Of a DNA stretch of 64,000 nucleotides, positions 25,801 to 38,692 are shown piece after piece. Position 1 is the stretch's first letter. Every line of letters begins with the position of its first letter. A program made the translations under genes and the position numbers. The stretch comes from Moniliella sp. 'wahieum'. Taxonomy: Eukaryota. The notes under the pieces are model-generated. The model ran no database searches. It worked only from the letters and a program-made list of their open reading frames with translations, and had not been told where the DNA came from. The DNA lies in assembly GCA_003971905.1 (NCBI GenBank), contig RSEE01000003.1, positions 930,001 through 994,000 on the forward strand. The letters run 5' to 3'.

Positions 25801-27230
25801 TGCTCAAAGTGAATGGATTTAGGCCTGCAATGTTTTTTGTGATGATATGTTGTTGGTGGTCACAGATAACAGTACAAGTCTTCAATTCCCGATCCATTGT
25901 GTTTCTTCTGCGGTATAGAGAGCAGTTCTCAGAGGTGACCGCCGGGTGAAAAGAAGCATTTTGCGGGGATACGATGCCGTTTTATATGTACCTTGAGACA
26001 CCTCCGTCTCCGTTAGTTTTGTCATAGGCGTCAACATCGCAACGTCTCACTGATGCAAATAACATTCCTTTCCGCTTTACCTCACTTGAAGGACTCCAAC
26101 AAAAGTCCAACCTTCATCTCCTCGTATCCAACTTGTCTCTCCGTACTGTATCTTCATCCTATACCTTAACGGTAACATCCAAGAACATGACCCACTTGAG
26201 GCACACTATATATTCTTCTTGTTTCCGTTTCCTCTATATATTATCTTTCCGTCGTAGGCATATCGCTCGTAGTCTCCGCTTGTAAGACCGTGGGGGGGAC
26301 GGGGGGTAGCTTTCCGACTGGAGATCGTCCCTGCCCATACGAGCGTGAGGATAATAACGTCTGTGGCCAACAACCCACAAGCGGGGATTGTACAGAACCG
26401 AGATCATGCAGTTGAGGGGTGTGTATCGCATCGCATAATATGAGCTACAGAGGCTAGAGAATATTCCTGCCCTACAGGATGGAATATTCGAAAGAATGAG
26501 CCGGAAGGTTTCGGGATTGGGCTACCGGTTCCACTACACCAGTGTGGCACCATAGGGATGCGTACATGGGGAGCAGACCAAAAGCTACCGTGAAGTCACA
26601 GTGTTAAAGTGACTTTTGACAACGAGTAGCACCGCCGCTGAGTAAGGCAAGGGCTTTGCCGGAGTAGAGGCGGCAGAGAGTTATAGGTAGGGCGAGGAAT
26701 AGGCCTGGATCAGAATGTAGCAGGCTAGAAGAGAAGGTTTGCTCACGAGTCCATGATGGGAATGGTTGGCGGCTTTTGGCCATCATCAATTATAGAATCA
26801 ACAACAGACACAATATTCACAGTATGGACAGGAGCGAGGAGATTGGTCACAAGCGGCGAGGAAAAGAGAAAATAGAGTATACATAGTCTGTACTACGCAT
26901 TGTCTTCCTCCAGACCCGTCTCGTCCCATCCTTTTCCTCTACAGTCGGCTCTCGTTTTATTGTGGATATAATATGGGTGTCGGGAATGGAGCGACTCCCG
27001 CACCGCTTCGTGCAATGTGCTAGAGCGGACTTGGTGCGGGTGCGAGCCATCCTGGGCCAAGCGAGGACATTAAACCACACTTGCATCATCCCATACGTAG
27101 GGTGGAATGGCACAAGGTCGTGGATGAGGAGGAGACCAATCTGAACCTGCTTTCATTTTGTCGACGAGCCGAAGGCACACAGCTGTGTGATATGGGATTG
27201 AGGAGAGCCAGGTGTGGTTGAGCGCATTGC
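22850..27230. other. Lower-GC, ORF-poor decayed island (possible transposon or pseudogene remnants)
   Basis: Spot-counted lines are ~38-48% GC, visibly lower than flanking genes; longest ORF only ~125 aa; purine skew switches strand near 26280. Confidence 0.6.
26390..26548 (+). pseudogene. Coding relic of unknown family, copy B
   Basis: Plus-strand translation ELQRLENIPALQDGIF...YRFHYTSVA; shares CCACTACACCAGTGTGGC and CAGAGGCTAGAGAATATT with the reverse complement of copy A. Confidence 0.6.
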
Positions 27231-27468
27231 TGTGCCTGAGTTAATTGCGACCGTTGGCATCTTTGAGCGTCGTAAACAGTTCCTGCCGGCTAGTTTTTCT
27301 CTCTCCCCTCCTATTTCCGTTTCGCTCGACCCCCGCCCTTTTTTTTAAAACACAAAGAAACAAAAGGTCGACCATCGCACACAATGGGCTCAAGCGGTTA
27401 ATATTATTTTGGAGTTCGCGATGGAGAAGTGGAAGGGGATTTGGGATCTGCTCTGCGCGCGGGATGAT

Positions 27469-29385
27469 ATGATGGCCACAGAGATTGGAGCTCCCTCCCG
27501 TCTCTCTCACTTGTCCGATTTTCTCGAGGTGAGCCTCACCGGCTCAGGCAATGTTCGGAAATGTTGCATCCGGCCCGGCCCACCGGTCGACTGAACATTG
27601 AAACATTTACGTTGAACAGTGGACGCCCGGTTGTCCCCACACCGCGACAACGCCAGAATGTGAAAGACCCCACATCCACACCCCCACCATCTCGCCGTCC
27701 CCGTCGCGTCTGGCCCCATCTCGCCATGCGCTCCTGGCGCAACCCCGAACGTCGCGACAGCGACGCATCCGTAGCCTCCCTCACCCCCTCTTCCACCACC
27801 GCTTCCACCACCGCTTCCACTGCCTCCCCTGCCCTCTCCCGCAAACTTCTCGGTTCGCTTGCGGCCATTCGGGCGGCCCCTGAAGCTCTGCCTGCGGCCG
27901 CTCACAAAGATCCTCTGAGCCTCATCATCACCACCAAGAACTTCCGCGCGTTTGTTCAGAAAGCCGGGCCTTCTTCTGGTTCCAAGACCACGTTGAGGCG
28001 ACGCTGCTGTGGGATGACTGGGCTTGGACGCTGATGTGGATGGCGCTCTGGGCTGCCATCGCGCTCCGGCCCAGCCTGTTGCTTGCGGCGCCCCCGCCAT
28101 CTTGACCATCATCCTCTACAAGACGCATCGCTCTCGCTTCCCCAACGCCTACCCACACACTGGCTCCTGGCATCTCTCGCCCCCGGCCAACGCACTGGCC
28201 TCGCTGCTTGCCCAGCCGACTCATATGGACGACCCTAACCCCCTGCCCCCGCTCACGCCCACCCCTGCCGCAGAGGGAAGCATGCAGTTCCTCCAGAACT
28301 TACGTGATATTCAGAACATGTACATATGTCTCCTTCTTTTTCTCTGCTCCCTTCCCTTGGTTGACTGATGTTTCCTTGCGCCCAGGATGAAGATGATTCC
28401 GGACGGATACGATGCCATTTCGCTTTTGGTGCCTTACTTGAATTGGTCGGACCCCACGACGTCCATGTTGCTACTGAGGATCAGCATTGTGGGGACGGTA
28501 GTGATGCTGATTTTCGGCCATCTGGTTCCGATCCGGATGTTGCTCCTTGTGGGCGGGGGGGTGGCATTGGCGGCGAACCATCCTTGGGTCAAGCCGTTCG
28601 CGCACGGCCTCACCCACCCTGACCAGGAAAAGGGAGAGACGGCTCTGACGCCCGCTGCGGCGCGCAAGGCTCGTGCTGCCCACCAAGTGTTGCGACAAAA
28701 GCGATCGGAAGCCGCGCATGTGGCCCGGACCTGGCTCGAGTTGGACCAGCTTCCGGACCAAGCTTGGTCCCATGGCTGGCGTGACGTGGAGATCTATGAG
28801 AACGAGCGGTTTGTTGCGCGCACCCCACGCAAGGGCGCCCAGCAGCCCGAAGAACGAGAATGGAGCGGCGAGTACCTGCTGAAGTCCGACCGGCGCGCCT
28901 GGACCCGCTCCCAAGACGGTTGGTCCCGCCGGGCCTCGACACGGTGGCTCCGGGGTCGGAGAGTATCAGCGCCTGGCACCTCGCTGCTGCCCTCCCGCAT
29001 GGCTGGGCCTGGCTCCCCGGCGAGGACTGGAGGGTGGATGAGGCAGGGTACCTGGTCCCCCGTCGGGGCGGACGAGCATGGCTGGGTGTACACCGACCGC
29101 GACTGGCATTGGCCTGCGCCATATGCGTATCGCCACACCGACCAGCCCAACGAAGCATTGGATCCCTCCGAGGCTCAGGCAACCTTGGACCTTGTCCAGG
29201 CCCAGGACCCGTCATTGGGTTCCGACGACGCAGCTACGTCCCCTCTGCCTGGGGCCAGTCTGCTTCTCGGGTCGATGGCTCGGACTTTCCGCTGGCGCGT
29301 GGACAAACATGGCGCAGCACTCACTCGCCGACGGCGCTGGCTGCGCCGTTGCGTGCGGGTAGAAGCGAATGAGGCTCCTTCGTGA
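27469..29385 (+). CDS. Pex24/Pex28/Pex29-family peroxin (reticulon-like plus dysferlin domain)
   Basis: DPLSLIITTKNFRAFVQKAGP, FLQNLRDIQNM, LNWSDP, VEIYENER, WSPVGADEHGWVYTD, LTRRRRWLR; introns near 27529 and 28320; start uncertain. Confidence 0.85.
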
Positions 29386-30706
29386 GTGCCGAGTATGGAG
29401 TCTCGGTACGGAGGTTTCATCCCTTGTATGATGCATGACTTCACTGGTGTGGGCTCATGACACTGCCTTTCCTTTGCTCATCCATATCATTGTGCCGATG
29501 CACCGGATGAGACAGTAGGGTAAAGATGTGTGCCTAGTAGTGCGTCATCCTGTGCTGGCATGGTTGCCCTCAGTCAGTTATGCTATTGGCGGAAGAGAAG
29601 GGCAGTAGTTGGGCTTGGAATGTGCCTAGCCACCCAGCCCGGGAGGGGGGATTGGTGAAACGGGGGTGTAGAATAGAGGCATGGAAGGCGAGGGCCACGT
29701 CGAAGAAGACCAAACTTGATCGGTAGGGCAAGTGGGACTAGAGCCGGAGCTACTCTCGCACATCATTCATTTCTTCCCATATGGGGTGCATGAGGCGACT
29801 GCAATGCAATACTTCCACTCGCATTCGGAGCGAGGGTGGGTGAACTGCAGTGGAGGTGGTGGACGCACTGTTTGGTCGGGATGGGGGGGAGAAGAAGGCA
29901 CCAAACGTTGTCCCCGACCGCATGCCTTCAATCCTATTGTCCCCACCTGTTCCATTTGGCTTTGGATATGGATTTCGTGCGACAGCCTTCTCATTCTCCT
30001 TTGCGATCCACCGCACACATAGACCGACTGGCATGCTCATCTACCCCCTCTTTTCTCACGTTCCAGTGGGCCTGCCAAGTATACTTTTCCCCCTCCGACC
30101 CAACTCGGTAAGGATCCTCCTTAGGTGCGGCCAGCAATTCTCCCACCCTGGTTTCCAACCTAGCCCTCCTTCCCTTTTGATTCCATCAATTTTGCGCGAA
30201 TGATCGATCTGACATCTTGCAGTGCCGCTCTGTATTGCCAGCATCAATGGTGGGATGGGGATTGGAGCAGATGCGGATTGGCCATGTCATGTTCCTTGTA
30301 TATGCGGGGAACAATAGGGCTATAGGAGGCTGAAGCATGTCTCTCCCCATGGGGGCATTCACCAACCCTTCCTTCGGCTCAGGTCTCCTGGCACTGGCCC
30401 CTTTCCGTCTTTGTCGCGATGCAGCCTCCCGCCTGAGCCCACCTGATGTGAGATGAGAGAGGGTCTGCGGTCCATCGAATGTGGGGGATGCAATCCAACT
30501 AACTCGTGCCATTGGTCTCGTGATGGCGGTGGTGGCGACCCAGGAGCAGTTGTAGCAGCAGCATCCGGCCAGACATCGCCACACCAGACGGGAGCAGGGG
30601 TACGAAAGGACGAAGAAAAGAAGGGGGAACAAGGTCCGAGCAATAGGGGGGGGGGGGGCAGAGCGACGGGGGGACCCCAGAGCGAGACGGGGGCAGGTAA
30701 CTATGC

Positions 30707-31163
30707 TTAATGCACGCCATAGTCCTGCGCCGTCTCGACATGCTGGCCCATAAAGGTATTGCCTTGGTTGTCGTGGCCGGCGGGGCCTTTAGGATCGGTG
30801 GAGGCCACGGGCGCGGTAGCTGGCACCACCACCACAGAAGACGGGGGATCGGAACATACAATGACCATCGCATGGATCATCGCAAAGAACCACAACAGAA
30901 TCTGTGCTCCAACCAAGCATTGCGCGCGCGGGGGTACAAAAAAGGGGGGTAAACATGGGGTCAGTTCAACCAGCGCCGTCTTCGGTGTACGAGGGGGGAG
31001 GGGGGAAAGAGGCGACGAACAAAGAGCACGAGGTTGATCCAAAAGTCGCGACCGCAGCCGCGGGCCAGACCGACAGCCAAGGGCGGCAAGAAGAAGGCCA
31101 GCACGCCGAGCAGGCAGCAGCGTGAGTTACCGGTCGATACGACAGTCGGGGTTGGGACGCCAT
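30707..31163 (-). CDS. Pmp3/UPF0057 plasma-membrane proteolipid
   Basis: CCLLGVLAFFLPPLAVGLARGCGRDFWINLVLF | intron 30902-31020 | ILLWFFAMIHAMVIV; TATAAA on the minus strand at 31259-31264. Confidence 0.85.
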
Positions 31164-31765
31164 GGTAATGGGGTGTGGATGGCGGGGGGAGACAAAGACG
31201 GGGTTGGGTTCCACAACCACACACCGTCCTTGTCCATGGCGATCATCAGATCACGTCCTTTATACTTAGTTTCAATAAGCTTTCTCGCACCCTCGACCTC
31301 TCCTCGGCCCCACTTTTTCTGTCACTTGGAGCGCGAGCACTCGGTAAAGCGACGACTCCACCGCGAGCACTCGGAGGAGAGACGACCATAAGCCACGGCC
31401 GCCACGGCCTCCGCACTTGCTCGCGCGTCATCGACGTCATCGAGCTGTCAAACCCACAGCGCCCCCCGGCCATGTTAATCTTTGGCGCTGTGCCACCGTG
31501 GATCGGATTATACGCCACAGGAGAGCTACACACCATAACCACTACGCGTGTTGGGGCCAGCAGTCCCACCATACATGCCAAGGTAGCGCCTTATTGATGA
31601 TCACACATCACCATTTGCCCCCTACTTAAAACTTGACTGATTTGACCTCGAAAGCCTCGACGTGCACACTCCGGCTTGTTCCACAACTCGGTCTCTTCCA
31701 GGGGTTGCCGGTTGTGGCAGAAAGCAGGATGTGGAGTCGCCACGCGCGCAACGTCTCGGTGTGTG

Positions 31766-32416
31766 GGCCAACGTCCCTTCAGTCCCTCCGCAGGCTTAGG
31801 AGTTCCGTTGCTTTGTCGCATCTGCTTTCCTTGCTCCCCAGCCTTAGATATACTTTGTTGGCGCGACTGTTGGCTGCTTGATGTTCCTCATCTGTAAGTA
31901 GGCGGTACTGACTTGCTTAGTACGTCTTAGTCCACGGCACTATTGCGATTGTGTCATCGATGTCATCCTCGAGGTCCATCATGCCTGTATCAGGCTCAGG
32001 GTCTCATCGACCATCATGCATCAGGTTAAGACCGCAACCATCACCAACGCGTTAGGCTTATAGATTTCCAGAGGTTCAGTACATGATGTGCATGATGCAT
32101 GATGCATGACCACCCAAATCGGTTGGGTTCCTCGGGTCTTACAAAACGCGGGGGCGGGGAGACAAAAAAGAGGCGTATAGAGAGTTGTGTTGATGAGCTA
32201 GGTGGCTCATGCTTTGGCCAATGTTCCTTCAGGTCCTCCTCAGGCCTAGGAGTTCCGCTGTTTTCCCTCTCCTGTTTTCCTCCTCGTCCCGCAGCTTAGC
32301 CCCCGATGGCGACTCGCTGCTTGATGTTCCTCTGTAGACATTGCTGGTTGCCACACCATCACCACCACCATGCGATTGCATCACCCTCGAGGACCATCAG
32401 GACTCCAGGTCTCATC
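31766..32416. repeat. Diverged intergenic direct repeat (31766-32008 / 32216-32416)
   Basis: Collinear shared blocks ggccaa.gt.ccttcag, taggagttccg, gctgcttgatgttcctc, tgcgattg, cctcgagg.ccatca, ggtctcatc. Confidence 0.8.
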
Positions 32417-33153
32417 AAGCTGTACTATTGCAAGAGAGGAGCCCGTCAGGCGCGTCAGGACAGGGGCAGAACATAGGGGAGAGAGTCGGAGATAAGACCA
32501 GCATCGAAGATGGTGCGTGATCACCTACTAGCTACGTGCGTGACGCGTGATGGCGCTGCCGGGGCAGACAAAAATGAATTCATCCAGCTTTGGCTTGGCA
32601 CAACGCCGCGAAGGACAACGAACGACGTCCAAACGAGCGAACAAGACAGAACAAACCGAGCAAGACGGGTAGGGTGCAACCCAAGCAGGCAGGAACAAAC
32701 ACGCAAAAACGAGGGGGAAACGGCAAAAACGGCAAACGGCAAACGTCAAACATCAAACGTCAAACGTCAAAAAGAAGAATGTTAATGAAGCTTGAAGAGA
32801 GACAGAGCTCTAGAGGCACAATGCACGAGGAGATGGCGCAGTTACAGACACCAGGGCCAGTAGCATGCCTCTTCCGCAGAAAAACGTGGGGGAGGTCTGG
32901 GACGCCCATCCGATGCGATGCACGAAGCAGCCGCACGTGCGAGAACACAGCCAAGGCATCAACCAAGCGGAACGGCGGCCCAAAGGGGAGAAAAGGGAAA
33001 ACGGGACGACAGGGAACGATCGGCAGTGGGCAGTGGACAGCAGCGGGTACGTGTAGCCAGCTAGCTCACGGCATCCAAAGCCACTGACAGGCAACGCGAG
33101 CCTCAGGGCTCAGGGCTCAGGCTCAAGACTGAGCCCCGCCTGTTGTAATTGGC

Positions 33154-36100
33154 CTACTTGCGCGGCGCAAACAGCCCACTCAGATCCGACACGGGCTCGT
33201 CCCTGGGCGCACGCGCACGCGGGGGCGGGTACCCTCGAGCGTCGCGTGCCTCAGCGCCCCAGCCGGCTCGCGCCAATCGCCGCGCCCCGGCGGACCCGGT
33301 GGCGCGCGTCGCGGTCGTCGCCGGGGTACCGACGCTCGCGAGGCGGCGGCAGGCGCCCCTCGCCCCTCCCCATGGGGAATCCGGGCGGACGCGCACGGCC
33401 ATCGTCCCGACTCGGCGGGTCGTCGCGGTACGGGTACGGGTCCCGCAACCCGCCCATCCGAGGCGGGGGCACGCGGTACGCCTTGTCGCCTGGGTACGAA
33501 GGCGCCCGTCCCCTCTGACCCGCGTGCTCCGTCCCACCCATTTTCGCGCCGGGCCGAGTGGGTTGAATGGACCGAATGGGCCGACGAGGGCGCCAAAGAG
33601 AAGCTGCGTGCCAAAGACGACGTCCATTCGCCCCACTTCTTGCCCGGCTTGCTCGGGGCGTCCCGGTCCGTCGGAAGCGGATGTGCAAAGCTAGACCGAT
33701 CCGGGGACATCCAGGCGCCGCGCCCGGCGCCCATCCCTCTCCCATCCCCATTTTCTGACATGGGGCGACGAGGGGGGGGCAGGTAACGGTCTCCTGGGGC
33801 AGCCTCGCTGTGGGTCGACAGCGTCCGGGTCGCCCTGGGACGCGGGCCCGAGGGAGGGCCGAGGGGGTAGGGGGCCGACCCGGGTCGGAGCGCGGATGAT
33901 GTGGGCGGTAGGACTGGGACCGGGGACGATCATTGGCCTTGGCCACGTCTTCTTGTTCGCGACGCGGCACCGACCAGTCAGGGAGGACGTTGGTCAGTTG
34001 CTGTCGGAAGGCAGGGAGCAGCCGACGGGTGTGCAGCATGAACGGCGGCGGATAGTCCGTGCGCAAGGGCACGTAGCGTAACTCCTTAACCTGTTCTTCG
34101 GCCATCATTTGTTGGCCCGTCGGGTCCAACTCGTCGTACCACAGGTTCGGGTAGACTTGCGCCTCGGTCCCGCGCGCTTCGCTCCGGCACAGACCGTCGT
34201 CGGCACGTACCCCGTGCATACGCATCAAGCGATACAGAAGCCGGTCCACGTCGCTGGCCGCATTGGTAAACGCTGGATCGGGCGGTAGGTTCTCCACCCC
34301 CAATGCAGCCATTTCTTCGTCGGGGGAGTAGGCACGTTTTTTTCCTTTGCCCCCCACGGCGCTCCGCCCACCATTCTCCGCCTCCTCATCGGCGTCAGGC
34401 GCAAGGCCAAAGAGAGTTCCCGCCTCGCCTCCAACTCCTCGCGCACTTTTTGCCACATGGTCCAGGAGGCAAGAGAGTCCACTTCTTGGAGGATACGCTT
34501 GCGGTCCTCAGGCTTGATCCGCTCGTCGGACAAGAGGGTGTCGACGTTGATCTCAATGTTGGTTCGGGTGCGATCGGCGGGGTGCATCGGGTCCGAAGTG
34601 GCGAGGGCAAGGTAATCGGTGCCCAGCTGGACCCACTCCAACAACGGTTCGGCCACGGGAGCCAGGTCGTGCATGAATTCCAGCAAGTGGTCTTCGTGCC
34701 GCATCAGCAGCGCCACCCACTCACCTGGCCCCGCCTCATCGGGATTGGAAACCGAACGTTGTCGCACCGCGAGCAAGTCGTCAATGAAGTCCTTCACATC
34801 CCCCACCGCACGGGAAAGATCCACCTTGGCCGACGTGGCAGCGCGCAAGCCATCATAAAAGACGTATTCCAGCAGGTCCTTCACCATCGTCGGCAGCAAA
34901 GGACCCAGCGCAACATCCAACAACTCTTCCCTGTCGCGCGCACGACGCGCCTCGCGGAGCAACAGTTTCAGTTGGGCAAAGTCGTATGCCATATCCTCTT
35001 CCTCCTCCGTCAGCGTCCAACTTTCGTCCTCTGCATCGTCCGCCGTAGCGGGCGGACGTGCCTCCCGGAACGCATCCTCCGCATCTTCCACGATCACCTC
35101 ATCGTATCGGCTCGATTCGGGGGGTACGCAGCATCCACGTGGCCCCGCCAGGGGCTGAGAGAAAACGCGCGCTGCATATCCAGTACCAAGTCGCTGTCGA
35201 CAGGCTTGAGCAGCGTGCGTGCTGCCTCCTCGTCGGCCCATGACCCAGCGGAGGCGAGTCGAGCAGAATGACGGTCACCACATCGTCGCCCGACTCGAGC
35301 GTCTTGCGTTCGACCGCAGCCCGCTCCACACGATCGGCAAAGGTGACATAGTCCATCAAACGGTTGGCCAACGGGCCTTGACCGGCCTCGGCCAAGGAAG
35401 TGCGAAGCGGACGAACCAGTGTGGTTTTGATTTGGTCCATCTCGCGCGTGAGCATGAAACCGAGGATGCGTTGCAGCAAGCTCTGGGCCTTGTCCCTTCT
35501 TCTTTCTCGGACGCCGAGGGGCGCGCTAAGAGCAAGCTCAGCAGACTCTGCACCATCACATGGGGAGGGTGGACATTGGAACGAAGAAGCTGCTTAGCGC
35601 CCCAGTAAGGAACAGGGCATGAACCGACTTGAGCTTTTTCACCCAATTGGTCCGCCTCGGGTGAGAGAATGAACAAGTCGTACAGTGCCGTGGCCAAGGA
35701 GTGGCGAAAGTGCGCCCAGGCACGCTGGAGACGCGGTGGCAAATCCTGCACCCGCGTCACACCCAGAAACACATCCCACATGGACTCCAGGCCATCCTCT
35801 TGCTCAATCAATTTCTCCTTTAGGGCAGCGGCGTCCTTGGCCTCTTGCCGCGCGCGCTCGCCTGCCAAGCGCCATTGCCGATCACTGCGTCTTCCAGATC
35901 CGCATCGCCCGAAGAGTTGGACTTGGTGCCGGGCGCAAAGAGGGCATCTATGTCCTCCAGCAGTTCGGGGAGAGCGATGGGTTTGGCCAAGCCACGCTTC
36001 ACCGTTCCCTTGCCCCATTGCTTTCCCACACCCCACTCTTCCGTCCCCTTGAGTCCGGGGCCGGGACCGCGCAATTCGCCTTCTCCGCGGATCCCAATGC

Positions 36101-37809
36101 CACGGGCAAAGAATTTGCCCAAACCATCCCATCGTGAGAGCCCAGATACGACGTTGTCAACTCGCTGCGTTCGAGCGACGTGCTCAAGTTGCGTGCGGCC
36201 AGCTCATCCAGCAGCACTTGGACGCGTTGTTGCCAAAACTTGCTAGGTGCCGTGTCAAGGCCGGGGAAGGTGCGCAGATGAGTGTGGAACAAATGACGGA
36301 GGATGACCGGCTGGGTCACCCGCTCCGTTCGACGCACCACCGCATCGTCGCCCCTGCTTCCCGCAGCCAGGCCATCGGTCGCATACGGGTCTTCGGCCGC
36401 AGGAACCCGGGGGAGATCTTTCGTGTATTCGTTAATCAGGTCTTTGCCCACTTTGCCCAGTGCGGGTCGCAGGGAGCTAAAGGGGGGACCATATACAGTT
36501 AAGGCACTCAGCTTCTCCAATTGACTCGCTTCATGGCCCAGTTGAAGCGCGACCAGGGCGCGCACGAGATAATGCCGCTGCTGTGGAGTGAGCTCGATAT
36601 CTTCGGGCTCCTCATCGAGAGCAAGATCGTCCATCTGGCGAGTGGGCACTGCAGAAGAAATATCTTCTTGACTGAATCGATCGCCAGCGGGGGCTGAGAC
36701 CCACCGTTTTTTGACGAGGGGCTAATCGGGTAGTCGCGGGAGGGAATGGAAACTCATCGTCCAGCTGTGTGCTTGGAGTAGTTGATGTTTCATCGATCAA
36801 GTCCGGGTCTTGATCATCTTCGGGACTTCGGCGACCTCTTCCACGAGATGCAGTGGGCACACCAGGTGAAGAGCCTCTTCGAACGAGGGTGGAAGAGGGG
36901 CGGCGGATCTTTTGGTAGAGCCGGGAATAGGGGCGCGAACATCCTGCCACGGAAAAAACAAATAAACAAACAGACAAATATGATTAGCCAATCCATACCA
37001 AGCGGAAACCATACATACATCCTCCTCCTCTTCCTCCTCTTCCTCCTCGGTCAGGGGCTCATCAGCGTAGTGAGGCATGGGCTCCCTCATGGTCGGGAGA
37101 GGGATCCCACCTGGGCGGGTTGGCGTCGCGCTCGTCATAGTCGTCATCGTCGAGGTACGCATCAGAGCGCATGTTGGACGCAGTACGAACGGGTTCCGGC
37201 GAAGGGGAGCGGCGGGGCCAGGTGGAGAGGCTGTGAAGGAGGTGTCGTCATCGTAGGCGTCCTGGTGCCTGCCTGGGGCCGATGTGATGGGCTGGGCAGC
37301 AAGAGCGGAGGCGTGGCGGGCTGCGCGCCGGGCAATGACGGAGTTGGAGCGCGAGGGGATCGGGGGACGGGTGCACCGAGCCTGCTGTTGCTCATGCGGC
37401 GGGCAGTGCGGGACGGGAGGGAGTCTTGGTCGTCGTCGCGGCTGCTTGCGTTGGCGTTGCATGCGGAGGAGGGGTCGAGGGGGCGGGGCGGTGGTGGGAG
37501 AAGGAGCGGGGGCGCGGGCGGAGTCGGATGGGTAACCCGAGGCGTCGACCATGTCGAGGGGAGCGAGGGCGGCCTGGTAGGGGTTGGGGGCGCTGGGCTG
37601 CGAGCGCTGGGCAGAGGCGGTGCTGTCGTCGTCGCCAAAGTCGATGAGGCGGGCGGAGTGGGCGGGCGACGAAGGCTGGCGGGGCGGGGCGGACGAGGCG
37701 GGTGGGGACGTGGGCGGGGCTGCGGGGTGCGGGTGTGTGTGTTGCCGTGGCCATGGCCAGAGGCGCGCGGGGCGGCGCGGCGGTAGTACCCGTCGTGGCC
37801 GATGGGCAT
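33154..37809 (-). CDS. PXB + DUF3818 (Ypr097w/Lec1-family) protein with long disordered termini
   Basis: LTPQQRHYLVRALV...YGPPF, ILRHLFHTHLRTFPGL...FWQQRVQ, PYWGAKQLLR, LLLARP, LLMRHEDHLLEFMH, TRRLLPAFRQQL; intron near 36947-37020; ends approximate. Confidence 0.75.
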
Positions 37810-38692
37810 GGCGGGCAGGGAGGTGGTGGGGGCGAGGAGCGAGAAGGAAGAATGCCGGCGCCTCCTGGCTGTGCTTCGCCCCGCACGCGCTGCTGCGGCC
37901 GCCTGCCCGCAGCCGCCCTCCCCACACGCCCCGCCCCACACAGCCCCGTGCCGCCCCCCGGGTGTGTCACGTGCGGGTGCTGCCGCTGATGCACGTGGGA
38001 TGCGTGATGGTCGCGTGTCCCCAGCAAGCAAATCCAAACACCGCACCGCCGCTGTTTCTTTCAATCCAGCATTCTGCCCTCGCCGACGTGTTCATTTCCC
38101 GCCTGCGCCACGCGGCCACGCAGCACAAATTACCCACTGTTTCTCCTTCGCTCGCCCCCCTCCATTGCCATTCGTCCTCTCCCTTGCCTCCTCTGCCCTC
38201 CCGACGCTCCTCAGCTCCATCGAGCCGCATTTCTTCTGCCCCATCGGCTGCAGCGACGGGCCGGGGGGCGAGCAGTGCTGTCTATTATTCCTTTTGCTTG
38301 ACTGTTTTTTGACTCTCATGCCAGCCCCGCCTGGGGCATACGTTTTGCAACGGGAGCCATTGATACAGTAGCCTGCCAAGCAAGCTGCTGGCATGCACGC
38401 ACACAGGCAAAGTACCCTCTTATCATAGCTCACTGCTTCCTCTCAAATCCCCTCGCTCGTTCGCTCGGCCGCATGGATCCTTTTGTAGTCATCCTCATCA
38501 CGTACTAGGTTGCTCTCGGCCCCTGTCACTGACAGTCGCGTCTCACTGCACCAAAGCAACAGGGAAACCCGAGGGGCGTTCCATACTATTTCCAAGCACA
38601 AGTGAGAAGAAAAAAAAGTACTTTGGACGGTTATGGAATCTGACGGTCGACGTTAGCAACAACGATACGTTCCCGCTTGACCAAAACATAGG

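Noticed and set aside
21130..26548. Intact TIR (CACTA) transposon or Helitron
   Set aside because: The CACTA string faces the wrong way, no target-site duplication or transposase ORF was seen, and the repeats show a coding-type substitution pattern; kept only as a relic finding.
29400..30700. Possible additional gene or ncRNA between the peroxin and Pmp3
   Set aside because: Only short ORFs without motifs, and no tRNA or snoRNA structure that I could support.
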